From Podarcis filfolensis (taxonomy: Eukaryota), in assembly GCA_964270895.1 (NCBI GenBank), contig OZ185436.1: 64,000 nucleotides of DNA. One strand, 5' to 3'. The notes beneath the pieces were generated by a model that worked only from the letters and a program-made list of their open reading frames with translations, was not told where the DNA came from and made no database searches. Of this stretch, positions 12,892-26,020 are shown one piece after another. The position numbers were made by a program, and so were the translations under genes. Position 1 is the first letter of the stretch, and each line of letters starts with the position of its first letter.

Positions 12892-15800
12892 GCCAAGGAG
12901 TGGACCAGAGGGAAGAGGTTTTCCCTGTGCTTCACTCCCCAGTCTGTGCCCCTGGCTCACCTGTGGTTGACTGCAACTGCTGGTGAACCCCAGCCATGGG
13001 CATTTATGTTGGGGGGTGGGGCAGAACCTCAGTTAGTTAAATATTTTGTACTGATTTACTTGATTGGGGGGTGCAGCTGCCCCTCCCTGGCTACACCCAT
13101 GGCCCCAGCATCCATCATGGGTGGTGAAGGAGGAAGTGGCATCCTCCCAAGGCTGCACTGAAGTTGAAAAACCACCTGGCACTGCTGTGGCCATGCTGGA
13201 CCTCAACCACCATTCTCCTCTAACTGGTGGAAGGGGTCCTTCTGTGCAGACAACAGCTTCATTCTACCCTAAGGCTGCAATCCTTTATCTGCTGAGCTGG
13301 CAGTAAACTCCTGGAACTTACATTTGAGTTGGCAAGTACAGATTCCGCTGTTACAACCTGATCATATGAATATTTTCCTCAAAAGTAATTCCTACTTTAT
13401 TGAGGAGATATATTTCTAAATAAAATGTATGTAAGACTGCAACCTTGCCTCACATCTTTGCATATGTTCCGGAAGCACTTAACAGAAATGTCTATTTTCT
13501 CTCAAATGGCATATAATTCTGAAGGACATGTCAGCTGCATAACCAAAGGCTTTTGATTATGTTCCTAGATTGCAATACAGGCTCTGTTTAGCCTCAAACA
13601 AATATGTTTTATAGCAGCTTGTAAGTATGCATGCTTATTCAGGAAGTATCTGGATTTCAACATGAGAAATTTGACAAATCAATTTTTAACTTTTTTCATT
13701 GGTGATTTACATCAATTATTTAAACTGCCTTGATTTAAATTAATCCCCACAGTTTATAAAGTAATGTGATCCCAAGATAATATAGTATTTACTACAAATG
13801 TTTTCGTAAGTTTGAACTGAGATGCAACAGTGCTGCCTTATCACAAACATACAGATTATCACCTGGTTTTGCTTGAGTTTCCCATTTCTTCCATATCCAC
13901 CTGCAAGTTCCTTAGGGTAACCTCTTTGTCTACATCCACTTTGCGTGGTATGAGCTTACTGCAAGCACTGTCACAAACCATAACTAATGGTGAAACTCGG
14001 AGAATGTTCTAGCTCTGTGTGACTTTACAGCTTGATCTTAACTAAGTTTACTCAGCAATAAACTGCCCTGAGTTCATTGGGACCAACTTCCCTGTTAGAT
14101 CAATTTAGTGCCCATATCATGATGGCCAACTCACCACACCGATAGCTGTCTCCTTAAAAAACCAGACAAACTCTGATTCACATAGTAGGTGGTATTTGGA
14201 TCATGATCTTTTTACATGCCTTGCTGTTTCGTCCAAGATACTAAAAATAATAAATACAAATGAACTCCTTGAATCATTTAGCTTCAGATTTCAGTGCTAT
14301 ATAAGCAGACCTTTGAATAATCAAATGGCCATTACTGAAAATATCTCAGAAAATATATTGCATCATAAAAATAAAATGTTTTAATGAGCGAGCATGAATG
14401 GAAATCTCCAACATTATTAATTATAACACTTGATACTTGAAGTGCTTTTTAATCAAAATGTGAACAATCAACCCAGTTATTCTTGTAGTATTACTCATGC
14501 CCTCCCTCCCACCCAAAGGAGCCTAGGACAGCAAACAGCAAAATGATTTGTTTTTTTATATAAAATAAAAAGAAAACATTAATAACAATTAAAAAAAATG
14601 AGAGGAAATAAAAGCCTGGCTTCTTCAGTCATTAAAATGCAATCCACTGTTAAAATATATTTTTGCCACATTTTTTTCCATAATACTAAGAATCCTCAGC
14701 TTGTTCACAATTTTATTTACATGAAAGCAGATGAAATAATTCCAGTGTTACACTTTTCTTCAATAGGACATATGTGTTAACCTTTGAATACTATATAGAT
14801 GTTGACTTAACAGGTTAGAGTCAAAACCAGAAATCAGAAAGAATCCAGTTGCAGATGCTTTTCTGCAAAATTTACATGGATTTCTGTCACAGGCAGCTGC
14901 TGTTTTTCTTCCACAGAAAGGAAGTTTTATGTCTGAATCAGTCCAGCGATCACTGATAATTGCACCTTTATTTTTAGCATGGTCTATCTGTACTCTAGGT
15001 TCCTTGCAGTGTCTTTGGAGATATAGGGGTTTTTTATGACAGTTATGAAGGTCCAGATGCAGGAAGCAGTCACAAACAGCAAGACCCAATTATTTCTATT
15101 GTTTATTGTTTCCTTAAGGGGGGGGGGGAAACACCCTCATTTGAGGGTTAGGCTTTCACATCTCTGGCCACTGGGTGCCACTGTTTTGCTGCACAGAAAA
15201 ATAGCTGAAACAACATTTTTGTGTCATTAATAAGTTTTGATTGTTAAAGCAGGTATCTCATAGGTACATCACTTGAGGACATGTAAAAATGAACTCTGAG
15301 ACTAGCAAATGTTCTGAAACCCAAATAGTGACTTGTGCTGTGAACTTTTCTCTGCATTTTGTCTTGAATTTAAGATTTCATTGTATTGTGTGGCTTATTT
15401 TTTATTTTATTTCTGATTGCAATAAACTCTTGGTGGTGATATGCAGATGCAAACACAAACACATTAAAATGTCTAAAGTTTGATGTGGATTTTATTCCCA
15501 GTGGAAATCCTCAACCTCTTCCATTAAGCTACAACTTTGATCCACAGAGCCAAAATACTTCAAAATACTTTGATCCACAGAGCCAAAATACTTCAAGTCC
15601 TTCCAATAAGTATTTGAAGCTGACACACCCAGACCACATTTCTTCCATCTGCATGCTGTTAATCACACAACACACTGGCCTGCCTGTCCACAACTATCAA
15701 TACAAGTTGTAGGTGCAGATAGCATAGATAGCAGAAAACCCAGTAAGTGTACCTATTAATGCATGTGGGCTTATGTACCAATATATAATATATGTTAACA

Positions 15801-16074
15801 CATGGAGGAAAAAGCAAATTAGGTATATGATAAGTTCAGTAGGGTCTGGGGGATTGCGGCTGTACTGCTGAGCTGGCTGACTAGCCAATGTGGCAGTCTT
15901 GCCACTGCACTCACACCACACTGAGCTTTCCACTGCCTCACTGCCCCATCAGTAACCAGCAGTTATGTGTATCATTGGGAAGCTAAGTCAGCAGTACAGT
16001 CCTATCCACACCACCCACTACTGGGTAAATGTGTATTAGAATCTAGTCTATACTAGGTGAAGGTAACTTATTTG

Positions 16075-16410
16075 TGAGAAAGTCTTCGGGAGGAAACCAC
16101 GAGGAACACTCTGTACCTGCTGCCTTGTGGGACATCTTCAGGAGAAGAAAACACTAAGGAGTAAACCTGACACAAATCCAGAGTGGAGTATCTAAGGTGG
16201 TTGGGTGGCATCTTTTATGTCTCAGTCCAGCAACTACTGTAGCCAAGCTGGTGACAGATGTATTGCTGTGCTTTCCTTTGGACCACATCAGCAAGGCTAA
16301 GAGGGGGGTCTTGCCATCTGGGCAGCCCAGAACCCCCATACACACCACCCAGGCTTGCACCCAAGAGAGGTCACTTTGGTACTGCAAGCACAGCAAAAGC
16401 AATGTGGGAG
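16075..16410. mobile_element. Dispersed repeat remnant, family unassigned
   Basis: ctttggaccacatcagcaaggctaagaggggggtcttgccatctgggcagcccag resembles a common lizard interspersed repeat (recall only). Confidence 0.3.
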
Positions 16411-17269
16411 GCAGCAGTTATGAGTCAATGCTGCTACAGAAACCAGCACATATCTGTGCTGGACTCAGTGTGAAGGAAGAAGATGGACAAAAAACTGCTT
16501 TGGCAGGCTGTGCTAATAGGTTTGCCTCCTTTGCCAAATGCTGCAGGAATTGAGGTGATATAAGCCACTGTTTGCAGCTCAATAGGACTGCAGTGCCTAT
16601 TGGTGAATTCAGAAGAGGACATCCCCCATTAACTAAGCAGATATAACCACCATGCCTTCATTCTTATTCTGTGCCCAACACAATGCAATTTGTGGGCATG
16701 TGTTCCTGTAGTGGAACTTCTATAATCCAGAAAATTGAATTTGGGAGTGGGTATGTTTCATAAGCATTTTATTCTCAAGCTACTAATTTTAAGAGCATTA
16801 CAACACAAACCACATCCTTGTGCTTCAGGGTTTATGGGACAGAGAGAATCATTTTTATAGATAATCCCTTATCAACAGAATAGCTGACCTTGCAAAAGAA
16901 AGAGAGAAAATTATATATATGCCTACTCCAAAGTAAGTCCCACTGAGTTAGAGGGGGGCTCACTCCTAAGTAAGTGGGTACAGGATTTCAGCTTACATTA
17001 ATTTATTAAAAAGTGACAGGAGTTAATAAAGTTATACCATAACTCATATGTGTAACCACCCAGGGGCCACATGTCAGTAGTGGCTGGGGCAAGAGGCAAA
17101 AAGTGAGTGGACCAACAAATGCAGTTCTTTCCTTGTATAGCAGGTGACATTCCAAACAAGAAGCATCATCACAGTTCAGGGACACATTTCAGACAGGGGG
17201 AAAAAACCTTCATGAGATTGCACAGCAGATGAAGGGAATGATCTGGGGAGAGGATGTGGCCACATCAAA

Positions 17270-17775
17270 AGTATTGTTTACAGTTCTGGGCACCATAATT
17301 TAAGAACGATATTGACAAGCTGCAATGTGTGCAAAGGAGAGTGACCAAGATGATAACGGATGATTGGTCTGGAAACCAAGCTTTATGAGGAACAGTTGAG
17401 GGAGTTGGGTATGTTTAGCCTGGAAAAGAGGAGACTGAGAGGAGATGTGATAGCCATCTTCAATTATCTAAAGAGCTTTCACATGGAAGATGGAGCAAAC
17501 TCATTCTCTCCTGCTCCAGAGGGCAGAACCCAGACCAATGGATTCAGGTTACAAGAAATGAGATTCCAGCTAAACATCAGGAAGAACTTTCTGGTGGTAA
17601 GAGCTGTTTGACAGTGGAATGGACTCGCTTGGAAGGTGGTGAACACTCCTTCCTTGGAGGTTTTTAAGCAGAGGCTGGATGGCCATCTGTTAGTTGTGAT
17701 TCCTGCATTGCAGGGGGTTGGACTAGATGACCCTTGGGGTTTCTGCCAACTCTACAGTTCTGATTCTTTGATTCT
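17270..17775 (+). mobile_element. CR1 LINE 3' fragment
   Basis: ORF 17360-17611 (LETKLYEEQLRELGMFSLEKRRLRGDVIAIFNYLK...FQLNIRKNFL) is the CR1 ORF2 C-terminus. Followed by the 3' UTR stem (gggttggactagatgaccc) and a (TGATTCT)-like tail. Confidence 0.92.
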
Positions 17776-20516
17776 GTTTTATCACGAAATTCCTTGTCTG
17801 CATCATTGTTTATTCCTACCCCGAGCAGGTTGTCATAAAGTGAGATTGTGTAGGTTATGTAGTTAGTACTCAGGACCTTTGTCAAGTGCCTATTGACTAT
17901 TTTTAAAGATGTTATTTCCCCACTCCTTTCAGTCTTCCCAGCCCTCTGGATATTGTACAATGAAGAGGCATTAAAATCTGAATGAAAACTTGAACTTCCC
18001 TGCAGACAGCTAGCAGGATATCAAGCAAGCAGGAGAGAAAGAAGGCAAGGCTGCAGACTCTTCTTGGCTTTCATGTTTAGAGTTTAATAGGAGGGGGGAA
18101 AGAAAAGAAGTTTATGTTGCCTGCCTCCCCTTCACATGAACTGACCAGCTCTGTTGCAGTACAATGAAAATTGTTCTACTCCAGGGAACTGATGAACTGA
18201 AGGCAGAAGGCTGTAAAGATGGATGTGACCCAGGGCACTTCCAGCTGCCCTGACTACAGAAGATCCTGGAAAGCCTTCTGTCTTTAAGACAACGACAACT
18301 GATTTTTTTTTTAAGGGTCCTAAGTGCTAAATAACCTACAGAATGTCACTGCTACTCAGGGTAGGAAGAAACAACGGTGAAGACAATGACAAATCCACAT
18401 GTGAACTTGGCTGCATAGTTCAAAGTTATGGCTGTATAAAAATCCAGAAAGTTAAGTATGACTATAAATGGAGAGGGGGAAGTCAGCAAGGGAGAAGAAT
18501 GAGATTTGCAGAGATTGCTTGCCTCGGTTGCATATAAAAAGATCAGCCAGTGAATCCTCTGCTCGCATTGCTTTTGTCTCATGCTCACAGCAGCCACCAC
18601 ACTTCTGTCAATAAACGTGAGCCTTGGATCATAGGTTCTCCTGGCAGTGTGGCTGCGACTAAGAACTTTGTGAGAAGTGCTCTGTGAAGTTAGATGCTTG
18701 TATGGTCTGGGTCACTTTTAGCCACACTACTGATTTTTCTCTCTCTTCAGTATTGTTAATATGTTCAAGAAGCTAATCCGAGCCAGCAGAGCGGGGCTGA
18801 TGCAGTTAGATTCCCAGTGGCAGCCCTGTTACCATGACATTGTATGACTGGGCCTAAGTAAAAGAACAAGGTGTGTTATGAAGTTGAAATTAATGCACTA
18901 TGAGAGATCCTTTGCATTTCATGATTTCAAAATACAGAGCAGAATACAGACTGACCCTTCATCTTATAGTAAATTACTGATACATATATAAAAAAAGCCT
19001 TAGTTTTTGTAACAAATAACAATCACTTTTGAGGAAGATGCTATCGTCTAATTGGGTAATATAAAACTGTTAAGGAAAAATAAGCTTCTAGAAAATGGAT
19101 CTCTGCAGAATTAAAACAAAATATTCAGGTTTTTTTGGTTTTCAATCAGATAAAGGGAAAGGTAAGGTAGAATAAGATTAATAATAAACAGGAGGTGGCT
19201 AAGGTCAGGTTTTTCTGTGTCAGCTGGAACAGGAATCTAATGTACCAAACCATGCTAGTTGCTGTTTGGGGCTAATTTTTTCTCAATTATAATCCAAACA
19301 CTCCGGTAACACACCCATATATGCCATTAAATTTCTGCAAGATAATTTCTCCTTTTAGATATTAAAAGTAGAAGTGAGATGTGGATAGTTAATGTACAAC
19401 ACATATTTTGTGAACAAGTCCTGAAATATAACAAATATTGTGAATTCGATAAAACAATGAGCTTGAAACTATCTTCAGGAACCCAAACTTAGTATAAAAG
19501 CAGTTTCTCCCATAAGTGGGTGCAAATAAGAAAATTCCAAGGCAATCAATCTTGCCTGAGGTTGTTCAGTGTTGCTCCAAGTGCTTGGGAGAATAATAGG
19601 CTGCCAGAGGTCAGTTGATGTTAAAATGCATGCTCACACCTGCAGCCACAATAATCAGGAAAGTCATATGGCTATGGCAAAGTCCCAAGGGCATTCAGCC
19701 AGCATGCCTAATTTCCACGATAGATGGCACTCAGATTCAAGATTGTCATGTCATCATGCTATATACCCTGGAAACCTTTTTCCCTAATACCAGGAGAATG
19801 TGGACCAACTGGGATTCAACTGAGAGACAAAAGCACTCAGTACATGCTCTAAGTCACTGTCTTCACATAAAGAGAAATTTTACATAATTTAAAAATTGAG
19901 TAGAGCCAGGATTCACACGCCCTCTCTGAAAAGCCAGCCAACTTCTTATCTGGGAGTGGGGAAACACACTTTAGTTGAAAATAAGATTTCAAGAGGTTCA
20001 CAAAATCTCCCTTTCTGTAAGATATTTTGCTTTTAACATTGCTTTTTATTGACATTTGTAATGTATATTTTATATTCTTTGTAAACTGCTGATATGTTTT
20101 ATTTACAGTTCAGCAATATGCAGCTTTTGTTACCTAGCTATCTAACCACTTTCCTCCCTTCCACTCTTTACTGCACTCTCACTATAATCTATGAAAATGT
20201 TCAGCTTTTATCCTTCCTTCCTTAAAACTCCAGCTGATTCAGGAGGCCTGAAGAATATTACAAGCCTGGACAGAGTATTCCACATATAGGGTGGTCATAC
20301 CCTATGATACTTTATTGCAGATCTCACTTACAGGAACCCTATTACTGAACACAGTTTCCAAGTCCAGTCTCAAATGAAGCCCTGTCTAGGGATGCCTCCA
20401 AACTGTTGCTGTTTTCAGGTGAGATTCAGTCTGTCAAATTCAGGTTGCACAATTAAAGTTCATTTGTTGCACTTGCACAAGTCTGTTTCCCCCCCCCCCC
20501 CCAAAATCTGAGGTGG

Positions 20517-20591
20517 TTCTTCTTCTTCTTCTTCTTCTTCTTCTTCTTCTTCTTCTTCTTCTTCTTCTTCTTCTTCTTCTTCTTCTTCTTC
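20517..20591. repeat. (TTC)25 / (GAA)25 trinucleotide repeat
   Basis: 75 nt, perfect. Source of the poly-E, poly-K and poly-R ORFs in the track. Confidence 0.97.
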
Positions 20592-21189
20592 TTTGTAATG
20601 AAGAAAGTGATGGCAAAATGTGTTGGAAAGTGTGGGATAACACTTGATTGATGCAACATTGTCTAACCTCCCCATTTCAGAAGAAATCATTAATAAATAG
20701 CTGATGTTGTCCAATTTCCCTGCATACTTCGTGCAAACAAACTAAGGTGCTCAATAAACTTGTCCAGAAGTGACCTAGGAATTAAGTCACATTCTGGGAG
20801 TAAACATGTAAAGACTTCACCTGGTTCAAATTCAACCAGGTCAGCCAGATTAACTGGTAACTTAAAATTGCCTTCTGTTTTCTTAAAGGTTGACAAAAAG
20901 AAGAAGGAAAGGAAAGTTAGAGAAGTTTTGCAAGATGAACTGTCCAATAAAAGCTTCAAATGCACCGTCTGTGTTCTATCCTTTCCCAGACATAAATACA
21001 TTTAACCCTAGAACAAATTGTCTGAAAAAGTCATTAGAGTTCCATGCAAAGTCATTAAGAGTAATTAAGAAAGGGTTGTGTTTTTTTGTTGTTGCTTTTT
21101 GCTATGCATTTGTTTTTGCTTTTAAGCCCAGACAATGAAGCTAGTTGGAGCAATTTCTTCAAGGCAAGGTTTTTTTTTGCTCTCTATAA

Positions 21190-21530
21190 TTCTAAAACCC
21201 GAGGCCACCCAATGATGCTGAATGTTGGAAGATTCAGGACAGACAAAAGAACTAACTTCTTACACAGCCTATAGCTAAAGCATGGAATCTGCTCCATGAA
21301 GTTAGTGACAGTCTCCAACTTTGATGGCTTAAAGAGGATTAGACAACTTCATGAAGGATAAGGCTATCAATGGCTACCAGTCATGATTGCTATACTCTCC
21401 CTCCAGTTTCAGAAGTAGTAGGACTCTGTACACCACAACTATGGAGTAGGCTATTGCACTCAAGCTGTGTTTACAGGCTTCCCACAGGAATCTTGGTTAA
21501 ACACTGTGAGAACAGGTTGCCGGATCAGGG
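21190..21530 (+). mobile_element. Older CR1-family 3' fragment
   Basis: gctgaatgttggaagattcaggacagacaaaag...cttacacagc...ggctttaaagaggattagacaa-like sequence and a 3' UTR ending cactgtgagaacagg. Confidence 0.65.
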
Positions 21531-21689
21531 GCGTCAACTAGAAGGAGCAGGCTGGCCCCCTCAAAATCCCATAGCAGTCATGTGTGCACTCCATAGGGGA
21601 TCCTCACATCACTCACGCATGCTGTGGGGTGTGCACACAAAAGTCAGCTGGGAGAGGAAACTCTTGAGATATAATGCAGAAAGATGATA

Positions 21690-21931
21690 CAGTGGTACCT
21701 CGGGTTAAGTACTTAATTCGTTCCGGAGGTCCGTTCTTAACCTGAAACTGTTCTTAACCTGAAGCACCACTGTAGCTAATGGGGCCTCCTGCTGCTGCCG
21801 CGCCACCGGAGCACGATTTCTGTTCTCATCCTGAAGCAAAGTTCTTAACCTGAAGCACTATTTCTGGTTTAGTGGAGTCTGTAACCTGAAGCGTATGTAA
21901 CCTGAAGTGTATGTAACCCGAGGTACCACTG
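21690..21931. mobile_element. Tc1/mariner (pogo/Tigger-type) MITE
   Basis: TIR cagtggtacctcgggtta / taacccgaggtaccactg, TA target duplication, internal (aacctgaag) repeats. Confidence 0.92.
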
Positions 21932-23573
21932 TATTATGCATATTAAGCTAGCCATTGGGAACTTGCAGCTATTATTGTTCCTTTTTCAGCGGGTGGAAAC
22001 AGCATTTAAAGCATGCACATGTGTAACCACCCTGATAACATCATGAGCACCAATTTACTGATATGCTGTTCCAGTGTTTAGTCCAGGTATAATGATCAAT
22101 TTCACAATGTAGATCTCCTTCCCCAACAGCCTTTTAACCCTGGTAGATTTACCATATCTAGTGTCACCAACTGCCTGTAAATCTTAGAAATATGACCTTT
22201 AGAATCTCTGTCAGTTGTGGTTACTCTCTGTTCAAGTTATGTTAGGCTCCTCATAGCTTGAAACGTTATTGGACACACTTTGACATCTCTGCATCTTAAG
22301 TGTATCCACCTTCCTTGTGGCAATTGAAATGGAAACAGTGATACACAAAAGGGCAAACGAAGTCAACCCCAAAATGATTGTTTTCATAGTATGAAACTGA
22401 AATAAAATGAGAAAGAATCTTGGAAAAGGGCCTTTTATTCTGGAAAAAGGCATTACATTTTAAATAATTTCATAGTTGCTAATTTGTGTTGCCCTTTACT
22501 GAAATTTGCACTGATTGGCTGGATAGAGGTCACTGCATGATATGTCAGTAACTATGTTTCGGTGTAAAGAAGACGAAGTATGTATCTGTATTCAGTACAG
22601 AGTAATGTTTTACCAGGGTAGAAAAGAGCATTTATGACCATATATCTTGGCCTCATTTAACTCCAGTCAAATTAAAAGAATTCATTTAATTTGCCATTCT
22701 CTTTTTGAAAAACTATTTCAGTTTTATCATCAATATGTCTAACTGATGTCTACCAAAGACATGCTTTTAAATCTCACATCACGGTTGACCTAGACTTAGC
22801 ATCTGACTCCAGCACAGTTACCAGCTGATATAGATTAGAATTTCTGGGAAATGTAAAATTGGTGTAATGAATGTTTTATTATTCTGCTTAATCAAAATAT
22901 ACATATGAGCAGTAAAACCTATAAATCGTGGCCACGGAAGGCAGAATATTGTATTATTAATTTGACACACTTCACACTAAAATAAATACATCAACCATCA
23001 AAATAAATGTCTCCCCAGCCCAAGACGGGAAAATAGATCAATGTCAAAGAAAATAGTTCACTTACCAAACCAAAACAGCCTCTATTGAATCACAAATTAT
23101 TGAATATTGAATAAGATGCATCATCTATCAAACACAGAGCTCCTACAGTAAATCAAAGACTCCATCTGATTCAAAGGTGTCTCCCACTAAATCAAAAGTA
23201 CCACCCAATGCATCAAAGTCATCTTGAATTTAAAGATGAACCTTACATACCACAGCAAGTTAAATAATATCAGGTTGCTTCTTATTCAAGCAAACACATA
23301 GATGTAAGGTGTCAGGGAGTGCTCTTTTGCTAACTTTCTCATGATGTTAGATATCCTGTCTGACACCCGGCTCAGGACAGAGTGGTAGTTCTGAATCTCG
23401 CTACCTTGCCTGCCCCATTCATTAGCCCTATTCCGGCATGCTGCGGCACATAAACAAGGTGAGTAGAGATGGATCTTTTAACCCCACTGCATTGCTGTGC
23501 TATGGCACTCCACAAGTTGAAATCTGAGGAAGGGAGCCTCCTCTACCTACACAATTTATGTCTTTGGGTTCTA

Positions 23574-23576
<3 letters not shown>

Positions 23577-23618
<42 letters not shown>
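23577..23618. repeat. (TAT)n microsatellite
   Basis: About 14 units; gives the poly-Y ORF. Confidence 0.95.
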
Positions 23619-23620
<2 letters not shown>

Positions 23621-23840
23621 CACATTGGGAGCTTTGAAAAGAAAAGGAGGCTCACCACTTCTAATGGAGAGGGAGCTTAGCAAGCTAATTTTCACTTGTC
23701 CTGCTCATATGTAATATTTACATGCATGCAGCATGGCTGAATTAAGCTATGAATGCTGACCACACCCAGCCTTACTTGTCTTTAACATTGTATTTGATAT
23801 TGTGTGTCTTTATCTTCATGCCTAAAGTCAGTTATATAGA

Positions 23841-23914
23841 GATAGATGATAGATAGATGATAGATAGATGATAGATAGATAGATAGATAGATGATAGGTG
23901 ATAGATAGATAGAT
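23841..23914. repeat. (GATA)n tetranucleotide repeat, imperfect
   Basis: GATA units interrupted by GAT. Confidence 0.92.
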
Positions 23915-24788
23915 CTGTTTATCTATCTACGGTACTCTGGTTTTTTCTGCTGAAAATTTTATTCTATTTTAATAGATAGGAAAATAAACATGGAGGTTTA
24001 TTAGTAAGCAACTTTTGATCATCATAATTTCCTTTTGTTGCATGTGACCACATGTCCTCTCACAGTGGTGACTTTTTGGTTATCTATCTTAGAGAGCACC
24101 AACTTTTATAAATGTCATAGGGTTCTAACTTGGGTGGCAAATACATTTCCAAAATAGGTTGAGCACAACAAAATCCTTCATAGATTAAGAAAGTGCAAAG
24201 GCATATTGTGGGATGCTCCCCTTGTGAAAGAAATACTTCCAGCGTCATATCTAATGTACCATGTCCTCCATCAATGTGATGCCTTTTATTCATCTCCTTA
24301 ATTATACTTTATGAGCCAGTCTATATATTCCTTTTCAGTGTCAAAGAGAGGCCTGAGGGGTGTTTGTTGAAAAATACACCTGTTTAAGGTTTGAAAATAA
24401 CTTACAGATAGTTTATGGGTTAGTCAATAGGCCCATCCCTTCTTTATTGAAAGCTGTTAAAAAGCACGCCACAACATGTTTATTACTGACCTACAGCTTC
24501 TCATTATTGCCCTGCCTTTGTCAATATGAGCATTGATTGTAATTGCAGTTTTGGCCAGCTCAGATTGATTGGAGCATAAAGTAACAAGAATTGTACAATT
24601 ATGTCAAAAGGAGGCTAAAGCTCAATAGCCAAAGCAGATGATGTGCTGATTCAGGCAATGGCCTATTGTCCCACTGGGCTAAAGAAGTAAAGAAAGGGGA
24701 TGGGGGCATCGTCACCATTGATCAGAGTCGTATGCACTGGCATTTATGTTTGTGGTCATTATTTGAAAATAGCAGATTCTTAGTACAG

Positions 24789-25397
24789 TGTGATGGCCTG
24801 GGATTCGGACTCAGAGGCTGAACCTGAGGAATCCCAGCCTGCACAGGAGTCCTCACCTCCAGAACCAGCTGAGCCAGGGCTGGGGCCTGAGCCTGAAGGG
24901 TCCTCACTTGTGCTGGATCCTCAGGTGCAGGCACCAGCTGAGTCTGCTCTGGCCCCTGAGGTGATGGAGGACCCATTGCCTGCAGGTGCTCCACTCTCAG
25001 CCCCGTCAGGGGAAGAGGAGGTTGCCTCTGGGTCCGGTAACCCTCCAGCCTCTCCTGAGCTGCAGAGGCTCAGGGCAGAGAGGCGGAGGGAACTAAGTTC
25101 CCACAGGAGGAGTGCTCGCCTCCAGGCCAGGAGAGGTGAGCCACCTGTGGACCGTGGCCGCCCTATGCCTCGGGACAGATAAAAGCCAGTCAGCCCCAGT
25201 CCCAGGTTGCAGGAGCAACGTTGTTGCTAGCCTGTTCCCGCCTGCACCCTGTCCTGCTCTTCTGCCAGAGTTCCTGACCCCACCCGACTCCTTGCCTTGG
25301 ACCCCGCTACAGCTTTGACAGACAGCCTCCATACTGCACCATCAACCTCGGACTGGACTCGGACCTAGCCTCTCGGTTAGCCCCCAGGACCAGCACA
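24789..25397 (+). mobile_element. Solo LTR, 609 bp, probably Gypsy-type
   Basis: TGTG...CACA termini, 5-bp TSD tacag / tgcag (1 mismatch), TATA-like gataaaag at ~25178, and GC-rich against the AT-rich flanks. Confidence 0.8.
24793..25182 (+). CDS. LTR U3-encoded ORF, 129 aa, acidic/Pro-rich with a C-terminal basic RRSARL segment; expression unknown
   Basis: Uninterrupted ATG...TAA frame occupying the U3-like part of the solo LTR. Confidence 0.3.
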   Translation: MAWDSDSEAEPEESQPAQESSPPEPAEPGLGPEPEGSSLVLDPQVQAPAESALAPEVMEDPLPAGAPLSAPSGEEEVASGSGNPPASPELQRLRAERRRELSSHRRSARLQARRGEPPVDRGRPMPRDR

Positions 25398-25499
25398 TGC
25401 AGTGAGGTAGCCCAGTTTGCTGATGGTTCGGAATTGTTCCAAAGGGATTGCAAGTAACTCTGAAAGAATCTCTCCAAACCGGGCAAATGGGCATTAAAT

Positions 25500-26020
25500 A
25501 AATTTAGTGTGTGCAGGTGTAAAATGGTGCATATTGGGGCAAAAAACAAACAAAACCACATCCCAATTTTACATAAAAACCTAATGTAGTTTGAAATGGT
25601 GGTGACTGACCAGGAACAACCTTGGGGCTTTAGTGAATAGCTCAGGCATAGGCAAACTTGGCCCTCCAGATGTTTGGAACTACAATCCCCATCATCCTTG
25701 ACCTCTGGTCCTGTTAGCTAGGGATGATGGGAGTTGTAGTCACAAAACATCTGGAGGTCTGAGTTTGCCTATGCCTGGAATAGCTTGAATAAAATGTTTG
25801 CCCATTGCATGGCAGATATGGAAAAAGGTGGATTCCATGTTAAAAGGAATAAAGAATGGGATTAAAAATAAAACTGCCAATATTATAATGCCTAGCTACA
25901 TCTATGGTTCAATAACATTGAGAAAATAGCTTTCAAAACTGCACAACAAAAGGATGCTGGAAAAGGTGCAGAAAAGGGTCTTGAGCATCTGCTTTATGAG
26001 GGAAGGTTTTTTAGATTAGG
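25500..26020 (+). mobile_element. Old CR1 fragment interrupted by a hAT MITE
   Basis: gtgactgaccaggaacaaccttgggg...gctggaaaaggtgcagaaaaggg...gagcatctgctttatgagggaagg is decayed CR1 ORF2-like sequence. Confidence 0.55.
25643..25777. mobile_element. hAT-type MITE (caggcatagg family)
   Basis: TIR caggcataggcaaac / gtttgcctatgcctg. Perfect 8-bp TSD gaatagct. Confidence 0.92.

Noticed and set aside
20440-20714. Poly-R, poly-K and poly-E ORFs
   Set aside because: Three-frame read-through of the (TTC)25 microsatellite.
23841-23914. (GATA)n as a Bkm-type sex-chromosome signal
   Set aside because: Only ~75 bp; short GATA runs are common on autosomes.
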